NCBI RefSeq assembly: GCF_003918875.1
Contig: NW_025767168.1
Location: 868,001 to 932,000, forward strand
Direction: 5' to 3'
DNA length: 64,000 nucleotides
Source of the DNA: Haliotis rubra
Taxonomy: Eukaryota
Below the pieces are notes generated by a model. The model was not told the origin of the DNA, ran no database searches, and worked only from the letters and a program-made list of their open reading frames with translations. The position numbers and the translations under genes were made by a program. Below are positions 13,347 to 26,351 of the stretch, piece by piece (within the stretch, counting starts at the first letter, position 1; every line of letters starts with the position of its first letter).

Positions 13347-14184
13347 TTATTCGCACTAGTAATATGTCTTGGTTTGTCAGCGCCATATCTGTGCTCGTGG
13401 AATTAATTGAAATAGTTTTGATTTAAACATATTTTATTCATTGAAGAAAAGGATTGGTTATCCAGCTTAACATCTGAAGCCGTTTCCCACTATTGACAAC
13501 AATTATATTTACATAATATAAATCAAATATGCATAAAACAGAGAAGACATACGTGAGAGATCTTGAGTTTGAGAATATAACAGTTTAAGATGAACAGAGG
13601 AATGGTTTAGTTTGAGTGATGCAACATCAAAATAGTAAATGTTGCAGACCTACACCACTCTCGGGCTTTCACATCACATTGAGCTGATGACCTTATAAAA
13701 TCAAATAATGTTAACCACTCTCAGCCTAAAACAAGGTAAAGGGGATGCAATTCTCTGATACAAAACTATCAGTGCCTGTTACACGTGAGCGCATTTGGCA
13801 GAGAGTGGGTTGGTCTTATTCAGTGGTCATCGGTATTACAGCTGTATCGTTGTCAGTATAATCGAGCCTTGTTCGAGGTGGCCAGTGGTGGATAGAGAGA
13901 GCATGTTCACACTGTCTGGTTACAACGGCGCGCATGCCATCCATCCAGTTGGTTCTTCCAGTTGGGTCTTCATCCTCGTAATGTAGTACCCCTATACCCG
14001 AACTCGTTGTGTCCACCTGATCCACATGTCAGTCCCGCGATCGTTACGCATAGTAGTTTCCCAAATCTGTTTTGTTGCTGCTGCTGATGATGTTGCTGAT
14101 TTTGTTCATTTGTTTTTCGACGCTGCACTCAATACTATTCGAGCTATGTGACGGCAGTCTGTAAAGAGTCTGGACCAGACAGCT

Positions 14185-14345
14185 CGTGAAGGCTAACGGG
14201 GTCGTGTGATCAGGCTCACATTGACTCATGTCACCGTATCCCAACTGCGTAGATCGATGCTCATGATGTCAGTCTGGTCTGGTCCAGACTCAATTATTTA
14301 GACAGCTGGACAATTGCTGAGTGCGGCGTTAATCAGCAAACAAAG
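14185..14345 (+). mobile_element. Family B element, degenerate
   Basis: cccaactgcgtagatcgatgctcatg...ggtccagactc...gctgagtgcggcgtt. Confidence 0.8.
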
Positions 14346-14402
14346 TGGACCAGATAAACCAGTGATTGATAACAGCAAACTACCCATCTTCTTTTATATG
14401 TA

Positions 14403-14577
14403 GGGGCGGTGGGGTAGCCCAGTGGTTAAAGCGTTCGCTCGTCACGCCGAAGGCCCGGGGTCGATTCCCCACATGGGCACATTGTGTGAAGCCCATTTCT
14501 CGTGTCCCCCGCCCTGATATTGCTGGAATATTGCTAAAAGCGGCGTAAAACCCAACTCACTCACTCACTCACTCACT
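14403..14577 (+). mobile_element. SINE family A, full length
   Basis: Consensus match, (CACT)n tail, TSD TT(T/C)ATATGTA. Confidence 0.95.
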
Positions 14578-14722
14578 TTCATATGTACACTACTGTTGAA
14601 AGAAAGTTATCCCTCATCTATTATGAGTACACTACTGTTGAAAACAATCCATCCCTCATACATTATATGTACACTATTGTTGAAAACAAGCAACCCCTCA
14701 TCTAGTATGTGTTACTGTACAT
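14578..14722. repeat. 42-bp tandem repeat (about 3 copies) interrupted by the SINE
   Basis: gtacacta(c/t)tgttgaaa...ccctcat recurring every 42 bp. Confidence 0.8.
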
Positions 14723-15250
14723 TACTTCCTAATCGTCCAAGGAATAACTTGGTCGCCGTCGAGGGGAACATTGGTTTTGACCAGTACTGTTCATTCCATT
14801 ATTGCACGGAACTATGATAATTCTAGCAAAATTTACACCACAAGTACAACCCGTGAAAGAACATTGTAAAAGCATTACAAATCCCCTTAAGTGGTGTACT
14901 TTCGGAAGAATTATGCGGATCCAAACATTGGTTTAATCGCTTGTTAACAATCCCATTTATACCCAGCCCCGCGATCTGATATAGTTGGTATTGGGACCAA
15001 GTGTATTTGTCCTTGCAGCTCAGCTACTCGGCATAAGACTGTCTCCGGGCGCTGCAGTCGTGTTTAATTGCCCCCAACACACAATGCCGTGGAATGTGGT
15101 TATGTTGTGCTACGTGTATCGCCTTACTTACTTGTAATCCCACTTTGCTTCGCTAGGCGGATCTATGTTCATTGTCATAGGGTACATGTCGCTGGTTCAA
15201 CAGGAATGAACGTTGTACGTCATGTGAACACACTTGTACATGAAGTATCG

Positions 15251-15610
15251 GGTGAGTGAGTGAGTATGGCTTTACGCCGCTTTTAGCAATATGCCAGCAA
15301 CATTACGGCAAGGGACGCCACAAATTGGCTTCACACATTGTAACCATGTGGGGAATCGAACACTGGTTATTGCTCATGATGGTGTTGACATATCATATGA
15401 TACTTGCGTTATTGATGACGATGTTATTTGTATATGATAGTGTTTTTGGGGGCATCGTGGTAGCCTAGTGGTTAAAGCGTTGGCTGGTCACGCCGAAGAC
15501 CCGGGTTCGATTCCCTACATGGGTACAATGTGTGAAACCAATTTCAGGTGTCCCCCCACCGTGATATTCCTATAATATTGCTACAAGCGGCGTAAATCTA
15601 AACTCACTCG
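15251..15610. mobile_element. Two family A SINEs in opposite orientation (15251-15365 minus, partial; 15447-15610 plus)
   Basis: Consensus matches on both strands. Confidence 0.85.
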
Positions 15611-17506
15611 CTGTTTGTGCTATAGATGACGATCACGTTTGTAAATGACAGTGTTTGTGTTACTGATGACGGCGGTGCTCATATATGATAATGGTGGTGT
15701 TATTACTGATATGTAAATAGGGTCTCTGAGACGTCACGTCGTGATGATGAACTCGATAATGATCCCTTAAGCTGAATATTATTTTCGGTTCCCGTTGATA
15801 ACGTCATTCATATAAATGTATTCTCTGTCTCGTTTGACAGCAAAGCTATTCGACCACCGATACAATCAACAAAGATCATTTCATCTATACTTCCATTGAC
15901 ATTGATTTTTAGTAATAATCTCTATTGACTTGAACTTCCGTGTGATTTACATCAACTAACATCTCCCCGTGATAAGGAGGTCAGTATCTCCTGTAACACT
16001 GTCCTTGGCGTTACCGTCTAAGATACCCATCAAGTTGTCACTCTATTGTCTCATCCCTGGCCCTGAGGGTGTCACGGCTGGACAAGGAATTCAATGGTCA
16101 ATCCTGACAGCGATAATCCCAAATTGCCTTTTGATTTCAAACACTGTCGGTTGGAGGTGATTTAGAGCACGAACCAGGCAGACAAAGGACCCTGTGCATG
16201 GCCGCCGTGTGGGAACGATACAAGATAATTGTAGCAGCAATGTTCTCCCAGTCTGCCCGAACTACCGAGACGGGCCAAATCATCCACCGTTTAATGCATT
16301 ACTTGTGACACGAGATAGCGGAGCAAAACCTGTTTGCGTTCCTGTCACGAAACCAGCTTTATCCCTAGCCCCACCCCCTTGTCACCTCCTCCGACCAATC
16401 AGATTCCACAAGGGCATGTTTGACAGGTAACAACGGAGTGCTTGTTCAACACTAAACACCTCGACAGGTGAGAAATTTAAAACACTCATATGTTAACTTG
16501 GTTCCGGATGGGTGATCATGAGCCGGCTAGCTGTCACGGTCGACTGAGTTTTCTAAAGGGATTAGAACCCCCGCGGCTAAGGAATCGCTGAGTCGCTGAG
16601 CCTTCACGATCAACTTGAGGCTGTTGGCTCTCTACTATAAATTACTTGGGGTCCGATTACTGGTTGTAATCAGCAGGCCAATTGAATAGGGTAGATTTAC
16701 CCGAATCGGGTAAATGGGTGCGTTGGTACAACGTGGTCTTCAAGTCCGTGTAAACATCTTCGAGAGGATCTGAGGAGAAGATTGTTTCGGGCGCGTTTTG
16801 TCCCGGGAGAAATAAGGTGTTATATCTCATATGGCCAGTCCCCGCACAATACAACACCGATTGGCCTGGGGGGATTGTAACCGCGCTGGCTGATATGAAT
16901 ATTTCGAATTGCCACAAAAGCCAAACAAACGCTTGTTTGGAAATGACAAAAGTAAACACTACAATGAGAGATGGTATTTACAATGGTGTAATATCCAGAT
17001 TGTGGAATTGAGACGGGCATTTGAGAATGTTGGCCATTTATTTTCCAATTACGAGACACACCTCAAAGGGATACCGAATCAGAACGATTTGATCACGCCA
17101 CAATCAAATACTTATCACATGTACTTCTGTCGCTGTTCGTGTGTTCTATATACATGTCTGCAAGCCGGTTGTTGACTATACACTTATCAGCAGTGGTTAA
17201 TAATGATATTTATCATTTTCGTCTTATTTTCTCTGCAAATAATGTCACAACGTGATGTTTGGCATGTGCCCGTCTCTTTATAGTAGACACTTGACAATGG
17301 AAAGGTGCAGTTGTCTGATATCAAAGGCAGAAGATACTTGTATATACCTACTCAGGTTGCTTGCAGACACAAAACGTGAAACAATTGCTGATAATTATGA
17401 AGGCATATTTTTCATCGACGTGTGCTTCAAAGACTGGGGTGACATTGAGGCATTTAGAGGGAGTTACTTTAGTTTAAAGCTGATTTCAACAGCGTTTCAG
17501 TTATAG

Positions 17507-17750
17507 TGAGTGAGTGAGTTTAGTTTTACGCCGCACTCAGCAATATTCCAGCTATATGGCGGCGGTCTGTAAACAATCGAGTCTGGACCAGACAATCCAG
17601 TGACCAACAGCATGAGCATCGATCTACGCAATTTTGAACCGATGACATGTGTCAACCAAGCCACCCAGCCTGGCCACCCGATCCCGATAGTCGCCTCTTA
17701 TGGCAAGCATGGATTGCTGAAGAGCACTTCTAATACGGATCTTCACGGGT
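17507..17750 (-). mobile_element. Family B element, full length
   Basis: GACCCGTGAAGATCC head, conserved body, gcggcgtaaaactaaac(tcac)n tail. Confidence 0.92.
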
Positions 17751-18103
17751 CTGTTCCGGTTATATCACAGAATGTCATGGAAGAGGAAAGCCCTATGTAA
17801 TGCAGATCGCAGACGTTTATTACTTTTGTGACACCCACGAGCAAGAGCTCAGTGCTGACAAATCCAGAAAAGTAATCGGGACCAATCGGGATTCGAACCA
17901 AACATAGGTTTCTGGAGTGTCCAAGGGACGTAACTCTGCACGGCGAATTTCTACTGATCTAATACGGATATAATAGTCAAATCACTTCATGAAACACTAT
18001 GGGCTGCTAGCATTGTGCCCATGTTGGGAATCGAAATTGATGTGACGAATGAACCGGCAACCTCCATACACCAGTACACTCCACTCTGGGACAAAGAAAT
18101 CAT

Positions 18104-18203
18104 AGACACCAGAAATAGGCTTCGCATATTGTACCCATGTGGGTAATCGAACTCGGGTCTTCGTCGTGACGAGCGAACGCCTTAACCACAAGGCTACCAC
18201 ACC
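18104..18203 (-). mobile_element. SINE family A, 3'-truncated
   Basis: Consensus head match. Confidence 0.85.
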
Positions 18204-18231
18204 ATCGCTGACGCTTTGGACAACGAGTATC

Positions 18232-18325
18232 GGTTTCACAGTCCCTGGGCCACATCATTTTCTTTTCCACTTTACCCTTTCTGCATTCCTAAAACATATA
18301 TGAAGCAAGTCTAGATTGCCTCAGT
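18232..18325 (+). mobile_element. Academ-like MITE fragment
   Basis: tcacagtccctg...atgaagcaagtctagat as in 10177-10375. Confidence 0.6.
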
Positions 18326-18878
18326 CATGAACCCAGTTCACATGGTCTCCTTTTGGCGCGATCATGGTCCTTCACCCAAAGCTTGGTCTCTCACGCGCGG
18401 CATAGTGTCAATATCACGTTCGAATTCATGTACAATCAGTCGGGCCAACAGAAACAGACCTGGGCAGAAAACATTCGATGTGAATTACACAATCATCGGC
18501 TGACAAGTCTATGGCAGGTGCTGGCTTGTATCCAGTCGATTACCGAATTAGTTCAACTGTTTGGATTCTCTATCCCCAGGGCAGCTGAAGCGGGTTTAGG
18601 AGCAGATCCCACATCTTCGAGAGCGCTGACACTACGTTAAATGCATGTTGTAGTGGAAAGTTAATTTATGGAAACGAACACGATATACAACTGCTTTGCA
18701 AGTTTTATCAATTGCCTCTTCTACGGCCACATGGCACTCCAGCCTTCTTCATTCACCCCCTGACACATCAGTGGCATCATCCACACTGGTAACTTGTTGA
18801 AGAGGCTGGGAAGAAATTGCCAGACAGCAAAAGGCAAACATTTGATCTCGCTCAGTGGTCGATTGCAATATAAGTATA

Positions 18879-19300
18879 GCTGAAGGGGTCGTTGTCGGCA
18901 CAGGTACTACAGATATGTACCCCAGGTCCGTTTCTGTATACAGTAATGTACCCTAAACAATGTCAAAATACAGAAACGTACCCGGCACCTTACACGGACG
19001 ACGAGTCCATATTTCGCAACCCAAAACCGAAACTGTATGTAGTTGTTCCCGTTCAACTGATTGCAAATGGTATTGTGCTCCGCGAAATATTACCGTGTAT
19101 GGTCGTTTCTTATAGAACGCAATCAAGTGCATCTAATACCACTGTATGACAGTTCCAATCGAGAAAACAACACACTGCGGAATGGAATCGTCCAAGGGTA
19201 CGTTTCTGTATTCCGATTTTGGGTAGGGTACTTTTCTGTATACAGAAACGTACTTGGGGTACACATCTGTAGTACCCGTGCCGACAACGACCCCTTCTGC
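18879..19300. mobile_element. MULE/Mutator-like MITE, 422 bp
   Basis: About 110-bp TIRs starting GC(T/A)GAAGGGGTCGTTGTCGGCAC; perfect 9-bp TSD ATAAGTATA (18870-18878, 19301-19309). Confidence 0.88.
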
Positions 19301-19527
19301 ATAAGTATAAGTGCCCCAGTTCTCTGCCTCTGAAAGCTGAATATGCTAGTTGATCCTCTACGTCTATCTTTGACACCACAATACAACCTGTACAGCAACT
19401 GCACGAGTAAGTATAAATAGATCTCAAACAGTATAAATAGAACATAAAATATAGATCCATAAATTGTCGAATTTAAGGAATTCTTCACTTTTAAAAATGC
19501 GCCAGAAGCCCCAATTAACAAAAGGCC

Positions 19528-19650
19528 CTATCGGTGCCACAACGCTGTTCCTTCTTCCTCCTCCGGTAGCGAGATGAGAGGTCGCTTGGCGCTGAAGTCG
19601 ACAAAACGCCTGATGCTGAACCCGCCGTCGTCAAACGACTGACAAACCAT
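19528..19650 (-). CDS. Candidate 40-aa micropeptide MVCQSFDDGGFSIRRFVDFSAKRPLISLPEEEEGTALWHR
   Basis: aatATGG start context, upstream in-frame TAG, GC-rich codons, promoter motifs ~270-330 bp upstream, AU-rich downstream sequence. Confidence 0.35.
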   Translation of the reverse strand: MVCQSFDDGGFSIRRFVDFSAKRPLISLPEEEEGTALWHR

Positions 19651-19909
19651 ATTTTCGACGTCTGACTAAATTTCAGACTTGAGACTTCACGCCTCAGTGG
19701 GCCGACTCAAGCAACAGGCGTCGTACCAGGTGTTTATAGACACAGCCTGTTGGCAGACGGATGAATTTCTGCTCTCCTGACTTTTTCTTCTATTTTCAAC
19801 TATAATGTTCTCCACAAGCGTGTTAAATAATACCCGGCAATGATTGTAATGCCATCATTTTCTGTTTCATTAACCATGTATAACGCTAAGTAGAGATCTA
19901 AAGTCTGCC

Positions 19910-19980
19910 AGCAAACATGGCGACCCGGGCATGCGCAGTGACGTTGTTTGATTCTCACGTGACACGCGGCGCCTTGATAA
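19910..19980. promoter_or_regulatory. CpG-rich promoter-like cluster (YY1, NRF1, CRE-like, E-box)
   Basis: aaacatggcg, gcatgcgca, tgacgt and tcacgtga within 70 bp. Confidence 0.5.
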
Positions 19981-22741
19981 TTGAATACGCTACATTATGT
20001 CTTTTATGGTTACAGGAAAGATTATTGTTTCCCGTAATCTATACGCTTGCACGACATTTCGCCATATCATTATCAATTGTAAAAGTTAAATGTAGCAGAG
20101 GCATGTTTTTAAAGCTATTAAACCTACTTCGTTTACATTCAATATGTGGCATTCGGTGGAAGTATGTATTCTAAGAAGACCGTTATCATTAAATGACATA
20201 TACGTGGCGCAGATGCGTTGCTGTTCCCTCTCAAGCTCTCATGAGTTGTGATTACGATTTAAGCCGACGCTTCGACCCACATAAAAGCCAGTTAACTGAT
20301 GGATACGATATCTAACGTTTCACACGAAGGGAGATAACTCTTATCGATCCATACTCTCCCTGTCATCCTGGTAATACATCCGCGACACAAACTGGTACTG
20401 ATTAGTACTAAGGTAGTATATAAGCATATGGTTCGGTGAAATGTACACGGCTGCGCATCAATCACTGTCTATTGTGAATCAATGTGCAGCCATTCCTTGT
20501 GCAATAATAAGGCTTTCTATTTCAACATTATTTCGCGATCAAAGGGAAGCTTTTTGCTTTATTGATTAAAGTATTCTTTTCTTTGTCTCTTTTTCTGAAA
20601 TTCATTTGGTATCAAATGATTCATTATACCCGTCACGCTATGTCCTCGTTAAGAAAATCTCTGCTGTTTTGCAAAATTAACAATACATCTTAAGGTATGA
20701 TCTATAGGCGCATAGTCTACCTCCATTAGCGGAATGAGATGCGATCGGAAACGGGAAAGATGGGGGAGGGAGAGGAGGAAGGAATAATCCTTCCAAGGAG
20801 GCCAGATCGAAACACTGGCACCAAACACCATGAAAAAGATTAGGGCAGAATGTGTAGCTTCCAGGGAAGAATATTTGCTTGTTAACTGATTGACGAAAAA
20901 GACAATGAAACACGTAGTATGCATCTAAAAACGCGTTTATTAATTATTCTGATGTTGTAAAGACCGGGGATGGCTTTGGCATTTCGCTAAGAATGGCACC
21001 TGTTTTCAACCAGCTTCAACCACGTTGAGCCTTCCATGCAGTCAATCTACAAATCTCGAGGCACAACTGCGGATCAGGGAGTATTCAAATGATCTGCCTT
21101 TGCACAATGTCCGGACATAAACCGAGATCTTCCGCAATCCGACCGAAGCTCGGTCTGTTTTCAGCTAATACCACGAAAGAATGAGTATTGTTTTACGCCG
21201 CATTTAGCACCATTCCAGCAATATAACAACGAAAGAACACCGGAGATCGTCTTGACCCAAAGATTGTATTCATGCGGGGAATCGAACCCGCACCATCGAC
21301 CTGTGTTATCCACTAGGCTAACCTACCGTCATCTAATTGATATACAAGTTAGACTATTCAAGAGAAGGTGGGGTAGCCCAGCGGATTAATGCCTTCGCTC
21401 GTGTCAGCTTAAAGCCGCGTTCGATTCCGGCACGATCAAAACGTGTGAGTCTTGATAGCCGTCATTATGTTGCTAGAATATTGTTACAATCGGTGTAACG
21501 CTCAACTAAATCAGTGTAAGTATTACAGATGCAATCCCCAAGAATGCCCTTTCAGTATCTTCTGTATAACAATGCTATTCAGCTTCTACAGCAAACCCAC
21601 ATCTGAAGAACTGACATCAGTGATGCTATTTAGCAGCGTAGAGAGTATATCTTAAATGTCAGAGAGCCACGACCATCTCAGTATTAACTATTTATCAGAA
21701 ACCAGACACGCCAGTCCACATAAACAGGGCCAGCACTGTCACTTACGAACGTAATTATCTCCCAAACACTGCCATCAACTAATCCTGTATCAATTAGCCG
21801 TGTGGCGTTTTAATCCTTATCTCACAAAATGATCGGACTGCAATTATACACTTGACACCTGCAAGATGAATTCAGAGGCACTTATAAAACTGTCGATTTA
21901 TAAAACACAAAGTTAACAGTCGCTAGGGCCCATCGCACGGGTTGGTCCATGTACAATGTTCTATTGTGGTCCTGCCGTCCGGAAATCGATCACCTCCTCT
22001 AATCTGTGACCACGTGTTAATCAACGTCATTTGTCCAGGTCGGCAGTCTGATGCTGATCCAACCCATTTGTTCACAAATCAGCCATGGATCAATGGTATT
22101 ATGGGATATAACTGTGTTTATTCTCTGTATTACCATCGTACCCTGCCACCTGGCCGTTCATTTGTTCAATAAAGAACGAGCTTTTAACAAAGGGAGGTAA
22201 TTGTCCATTCATACGGTACATCTTTTCGAAGCTGAAGTGCGAATGTATTTGGAGACCATGGCAATATCGACATATATAATTGATGGGAAAATACGATGCA
22301 GTGCAGCATCTGAATTGATGCGTCTATATGATGGCGAAATGATTGGCTTCATCTGCAAGGCTTTAGACAGGAATATAATGACAAAGACGAATCACACATT
22401 CACTACAGATCTCTCGTTTGCTTTACCCTGGAATCGTTACATTAGGGTTATGATATTGCTTTTTAGCTGATGATCCTAATCATTGATTATATATCTACGT
22501 TTGAATTTGGGGTCAAGGGTGACCAAGAAACGGAATCTGGTGTCTGGTTCCAGGTACTGATCTTGACCTTCACCTAACGTCAGGAATGTCGATATGTATA
22601 TCCATGTGCTTCTTTGTTTTCTTTGTTCGTTGTTCAACGTCGCAATAAACATTGTCCAGATTTGAGACGGAAGTCTGCAACTAATCGAGCCTGGACCAGC
22701 TCAGTGACCATCATCAACATCGAGATACGCATGTGGGACAC

Positions 22742-22937
22742 TAGTCTCTCGTACAGACCCTGAAGTAAATATATCCAAGAAAGCCCACGCAAGTCTAGAA
22801 AATGTGGCAAGTCTAGATTTCCTCAGCTTCAGAAAATGAAGAAAGTCTCAGGGCTCCTTTTCATTATATATATATTTTTTTACTATGAACGTTTTTTTCA
22901 GTAAAATATGTTCATTTCAGAGACTAGTTGTAGTCTT
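22742..22937 (+). mobile_element. Academ-like MITE, second subfamily, inserted in a degenerate family B element
   Basis: TAGTCTCTC start; end ttcagagactagttgtagtct (hairpin AGACTA-GTTG-TAGTCT); 9-bp TSD GTGGGA(C/T)AC. Confidence 0.75.
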
Positions 22938-23457
22938 GTGGGATACATTCATATATAACCACCAAATTCTGTTAGCCGACTCTTACGGCAAGCAGAGATT
23001 GCTGGAGACCAATTCGAAGTTCATACAGTTTGAAATAGTCAGGCAGGGCAGTGATGGACAAAGTTTTATGTTCCCCTTTAATCACCTGAATATCACAACG
23101 GGAATTGGGAACAGGGTTGTGAGGGGAGGGGTGTAGCATGATAGGGTAAGATAGCCAGCGTTCTTTAGTGTCATGGACCACCATAACCTCGTTTCGGAGT
23201 AACGTCCCTTGCTCTTCACCGAATTAGTCTCTCCCATTGGAAGTCTAATTTCTAGCATAGTGGCATTCTAATCCGGACCAAAGCGACGGTGTGACGGAGT
23301 ATAGTTCCTGGGATGGAAGTATAAATACGCTGGATAATCGAGGGTTGGATTGGTGAGGGTATGAAATGCAGGAGGTAGGATGCACATGTTATCCCGATAT
23401 ACCCACGTGTTAGTGACAGTCGCCATTCTCCTTTGTCGCTACCATCGTCAATATGTA

Positions 23458-23627
23458 AGGGGGCGGTGGGGTAGCCTAGTGGTTAAAGCGTTGGCTCGTC
23501 ACGCCGAAGATCCGGGTTCGATTCCCCACATGGGCACAATGTGTTAAGCCCATTTCTGGTGTCCCCGCCATGATATTGCTGGAATATTGCTAAAAGCGGC
23601 GTAAAACTAAACTCAGTCAGTCAGTCA
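23458..23627 (+). mobile_element. SINE family A, (CAGT)n-tail subfamily, full length
   Basis: Consensus match; TSD GTCAATATGTA. Confidence 0.95.
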
Positions 23628-23700
23628 GTCAATATGTAGGCTACCGTGAAAAGGTAAATTCATACAAAAACCGACAAAAGAACCAAATGTTTATGTTGGA

Positions 23701-23943
23701 GAGTGACTGAGTTTAGTTTTACGCCGCACTCAGCAATATTCCAGTTATATGGCGGCGGTCTGTAAATAATCGAGTCTGGACCAGACAATCCAGTGATCAA
23801 CAGCACGAACATCGATCTACGCAACTGGGATGAGATGACATGTGTCAACCAAGTCAGCGAGCCTGACCACCCGATCCATTAGTCGCCTCTTACGACAAGC
23901 ATTGGATACTTAAGATCAATTCTAACCCGGATCTTCACGGGTC
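23701..23943 (-). mobile_element. Family B element, full length
   Basis: Complete from head to tail. Confidence 0.93.
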
Positions 23944-26351
23944 TTTTTATGTTGAAGAAGTATCGTGACAGAGCATATGTAGTGTGCAGGGGACATACCG
24001 TTCAGCCTCTGATCTAACAGCCACTGGAAACGCTTCCTGAATACGTAACAATACCAACAATATAAGCTCACAGATCGCTTGCATTTTACGCTGCGAAAGC
24101 CAGAATCGTTGTCTGTAATTTAAAACGCAAAAAGACTTCAAACGATTATCTTGTCTTATCCCCTCAGTATGCTCATATGTTTTTGACTTTCAATGCACCA
24201 GCGTCTTTTTATGTCGTCTTTTTGCCATGGTTTCCATCCAGTCAAACAGCACGCACATACAATTGCCATCAGAAATGAATGTCAGAGAAAGCCATATCCC
24301 GCGTCACATCTGGGCTCAAGTAAAATGATCCCTTCAAACGCAATCATTATTTTATGCTTTACATTGAAGAGTTCTCCAAAGACCGACAACTCGAACTTGA
24401 AGATCAAATATCCGCCATCGTGTGTTTCAAGCACGTCTACAACCATTGGAGATCTGTAGAGGCGGAGCGCTCGACTAAGTCTTGACCTTTTCAGCGACGC
24501 GTGCAACATGGCCACTCCATGTCGCTCTGACTAGCAGCACGGACTGGGTAGCGTCTTGTTGAGGACGCCCAAGGCGCTTGCTATTCGTGTCTTGAAACAG
24601 AAGAGGTTCCAACGTGCCTTCAGAATGTCTCGGGAGCGAGCTCAAGAAGCCTTCAAGAGCGCAGCACGCTCGAGAGCCCTTAGAGTCTGTATTTAATACT
24701 CGAGAGTCGCAATTGGCATATATAATGCTTAATGAGGAAGGTGAAGTAGAACATTGTTTGGGTACTGCCGGTGTATGGTGGGGACGCGGCCCTGCGTGGA
24801 GGACAAGGGCACGTAAGCAGACGACATCACCTGAGGCAGTTATATCCAGACGACACTTGCAACGTCCAAACAAATCTATTGTCCGCTTACTGCCTTCAAA
24901 GTAGGCTACGGCTCATCTGGTTGGCAGTGAACCACCAGGACTGTGGTCGGCTTCATGGGGACCACTTTGGGGATCGGCAATTGTTTGAGTGGTGAGTAAG
25001 TGGATTGGCCATATGTGGGGAGTTTGGCAGAATGGGTGAGACGAATACCCACCAGGGATGTCATGCATAATGATGACCATTAATATGGCACTACAATATG
25101 TGTTTATCTGGTTCAAGGACAAAAAACTGGGATCAAATATCAACTGAATTTATCTTTGCAGGTCTCGTTGTCGAGTTACCTCCCTTAGATATAAGGATCC
25201 ACTGATTCTCCCATATTGTTACTACTTACCTTTCAGCATCATTCACACGTGGTAACGTTTATAAGACATTCATCCCTTCATGCTTTGTGTCCGAGAAGGG
25301 AGCTATGAAACAGAGGTACTGTAAATACTGTAAATAATTGCGGTATATAAATAAGTCATCGCTTATTATCAAATGTTGCTCTCGCGATATCAAGAAAAAA
25401 CGTGCCAGGAGTGAGAAGGGTATTTTAGCAATATTCATCAATATCATGGTAGAAAACGCCAGAAAGAGCTAAACATCTCGTACCTGTGATGGGATTCGAA
25501 CCTGGGCCTTCGGTGTAACGAGCGATCGCTTTAACAACTTGACGGACTCGGTACATGGCACATCAAAATATAATTTACGATTCTAATTTGGTTTATAATG
25601 GATTTGTGAAGATAACGTTTCATTATTCTGGTGCATTGAGCGTTATTTAACCACCTGGCTACATCATCCCCTTCAGTGATGGGAAGACACTCGCCATGGC
25701 TGCACTGCAGAACAGATCAGCAGGACGGCAATCCGAGTCAGTGGTTACAATCATAGCTTAACAGGGTCAATATGGAGAGTACGAACACTGCTCCTTCAGC
25801 TCGTCTCCCAATGACAGGAGACCGAACTACATCAGCACTGATGCCCCGACATCTACAGCAGCATCATTATCTCGACACATCTACAGAAAGCACAGTGCCT
25901 GTGTATGTTTCATATATCAATACAAAGCAAAGCCGCGTTTAATACGTTGTACACAGCAGTCATCAAAGTCAGTAGGGCGGCTGCGGCTGCGGGAAGATCA
26001 AGCACGCAGTCCTCGTTGTCAAGTCCCACGCTGCGCCCTACAGACAAACCCGCTACTTTGCGGTCATTACCATCCACAGTTCGCTGATCTGTGGACATTA
26101 ACAACGGGGTGGGCACATTCCCTACACCACTTGCGGATCTACACGCTGTGAAGTCGCCAATAGATGGTAACAGGACCTGTTTGTCACCGACACGAGCCAT
26201 TGACCCTGGACATATGTCGTCAAGGGCCATAACACCCTGTAGGGACGTCATAATGGCTAGCAAGGCCTTGTCAGGTGCCGTTAGATGGGATTTGGCCTGT
26301 ACAAATGTTGGCATTAAATGGAGGGAGGAATGTACTTTCCACATACTGGCA

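Noticed and set aside
18892-19521. Similar ORFs on opposite strands
   Set aside because: Artefact of the MITE's long terminal inverted repeats
24475-24873. 132-aa minus-strand ORF with WSGHVARV, resembling the RTE motif WAGHVARM
   Set aside because: No other RT-associated motifs in frame; probably coincidental
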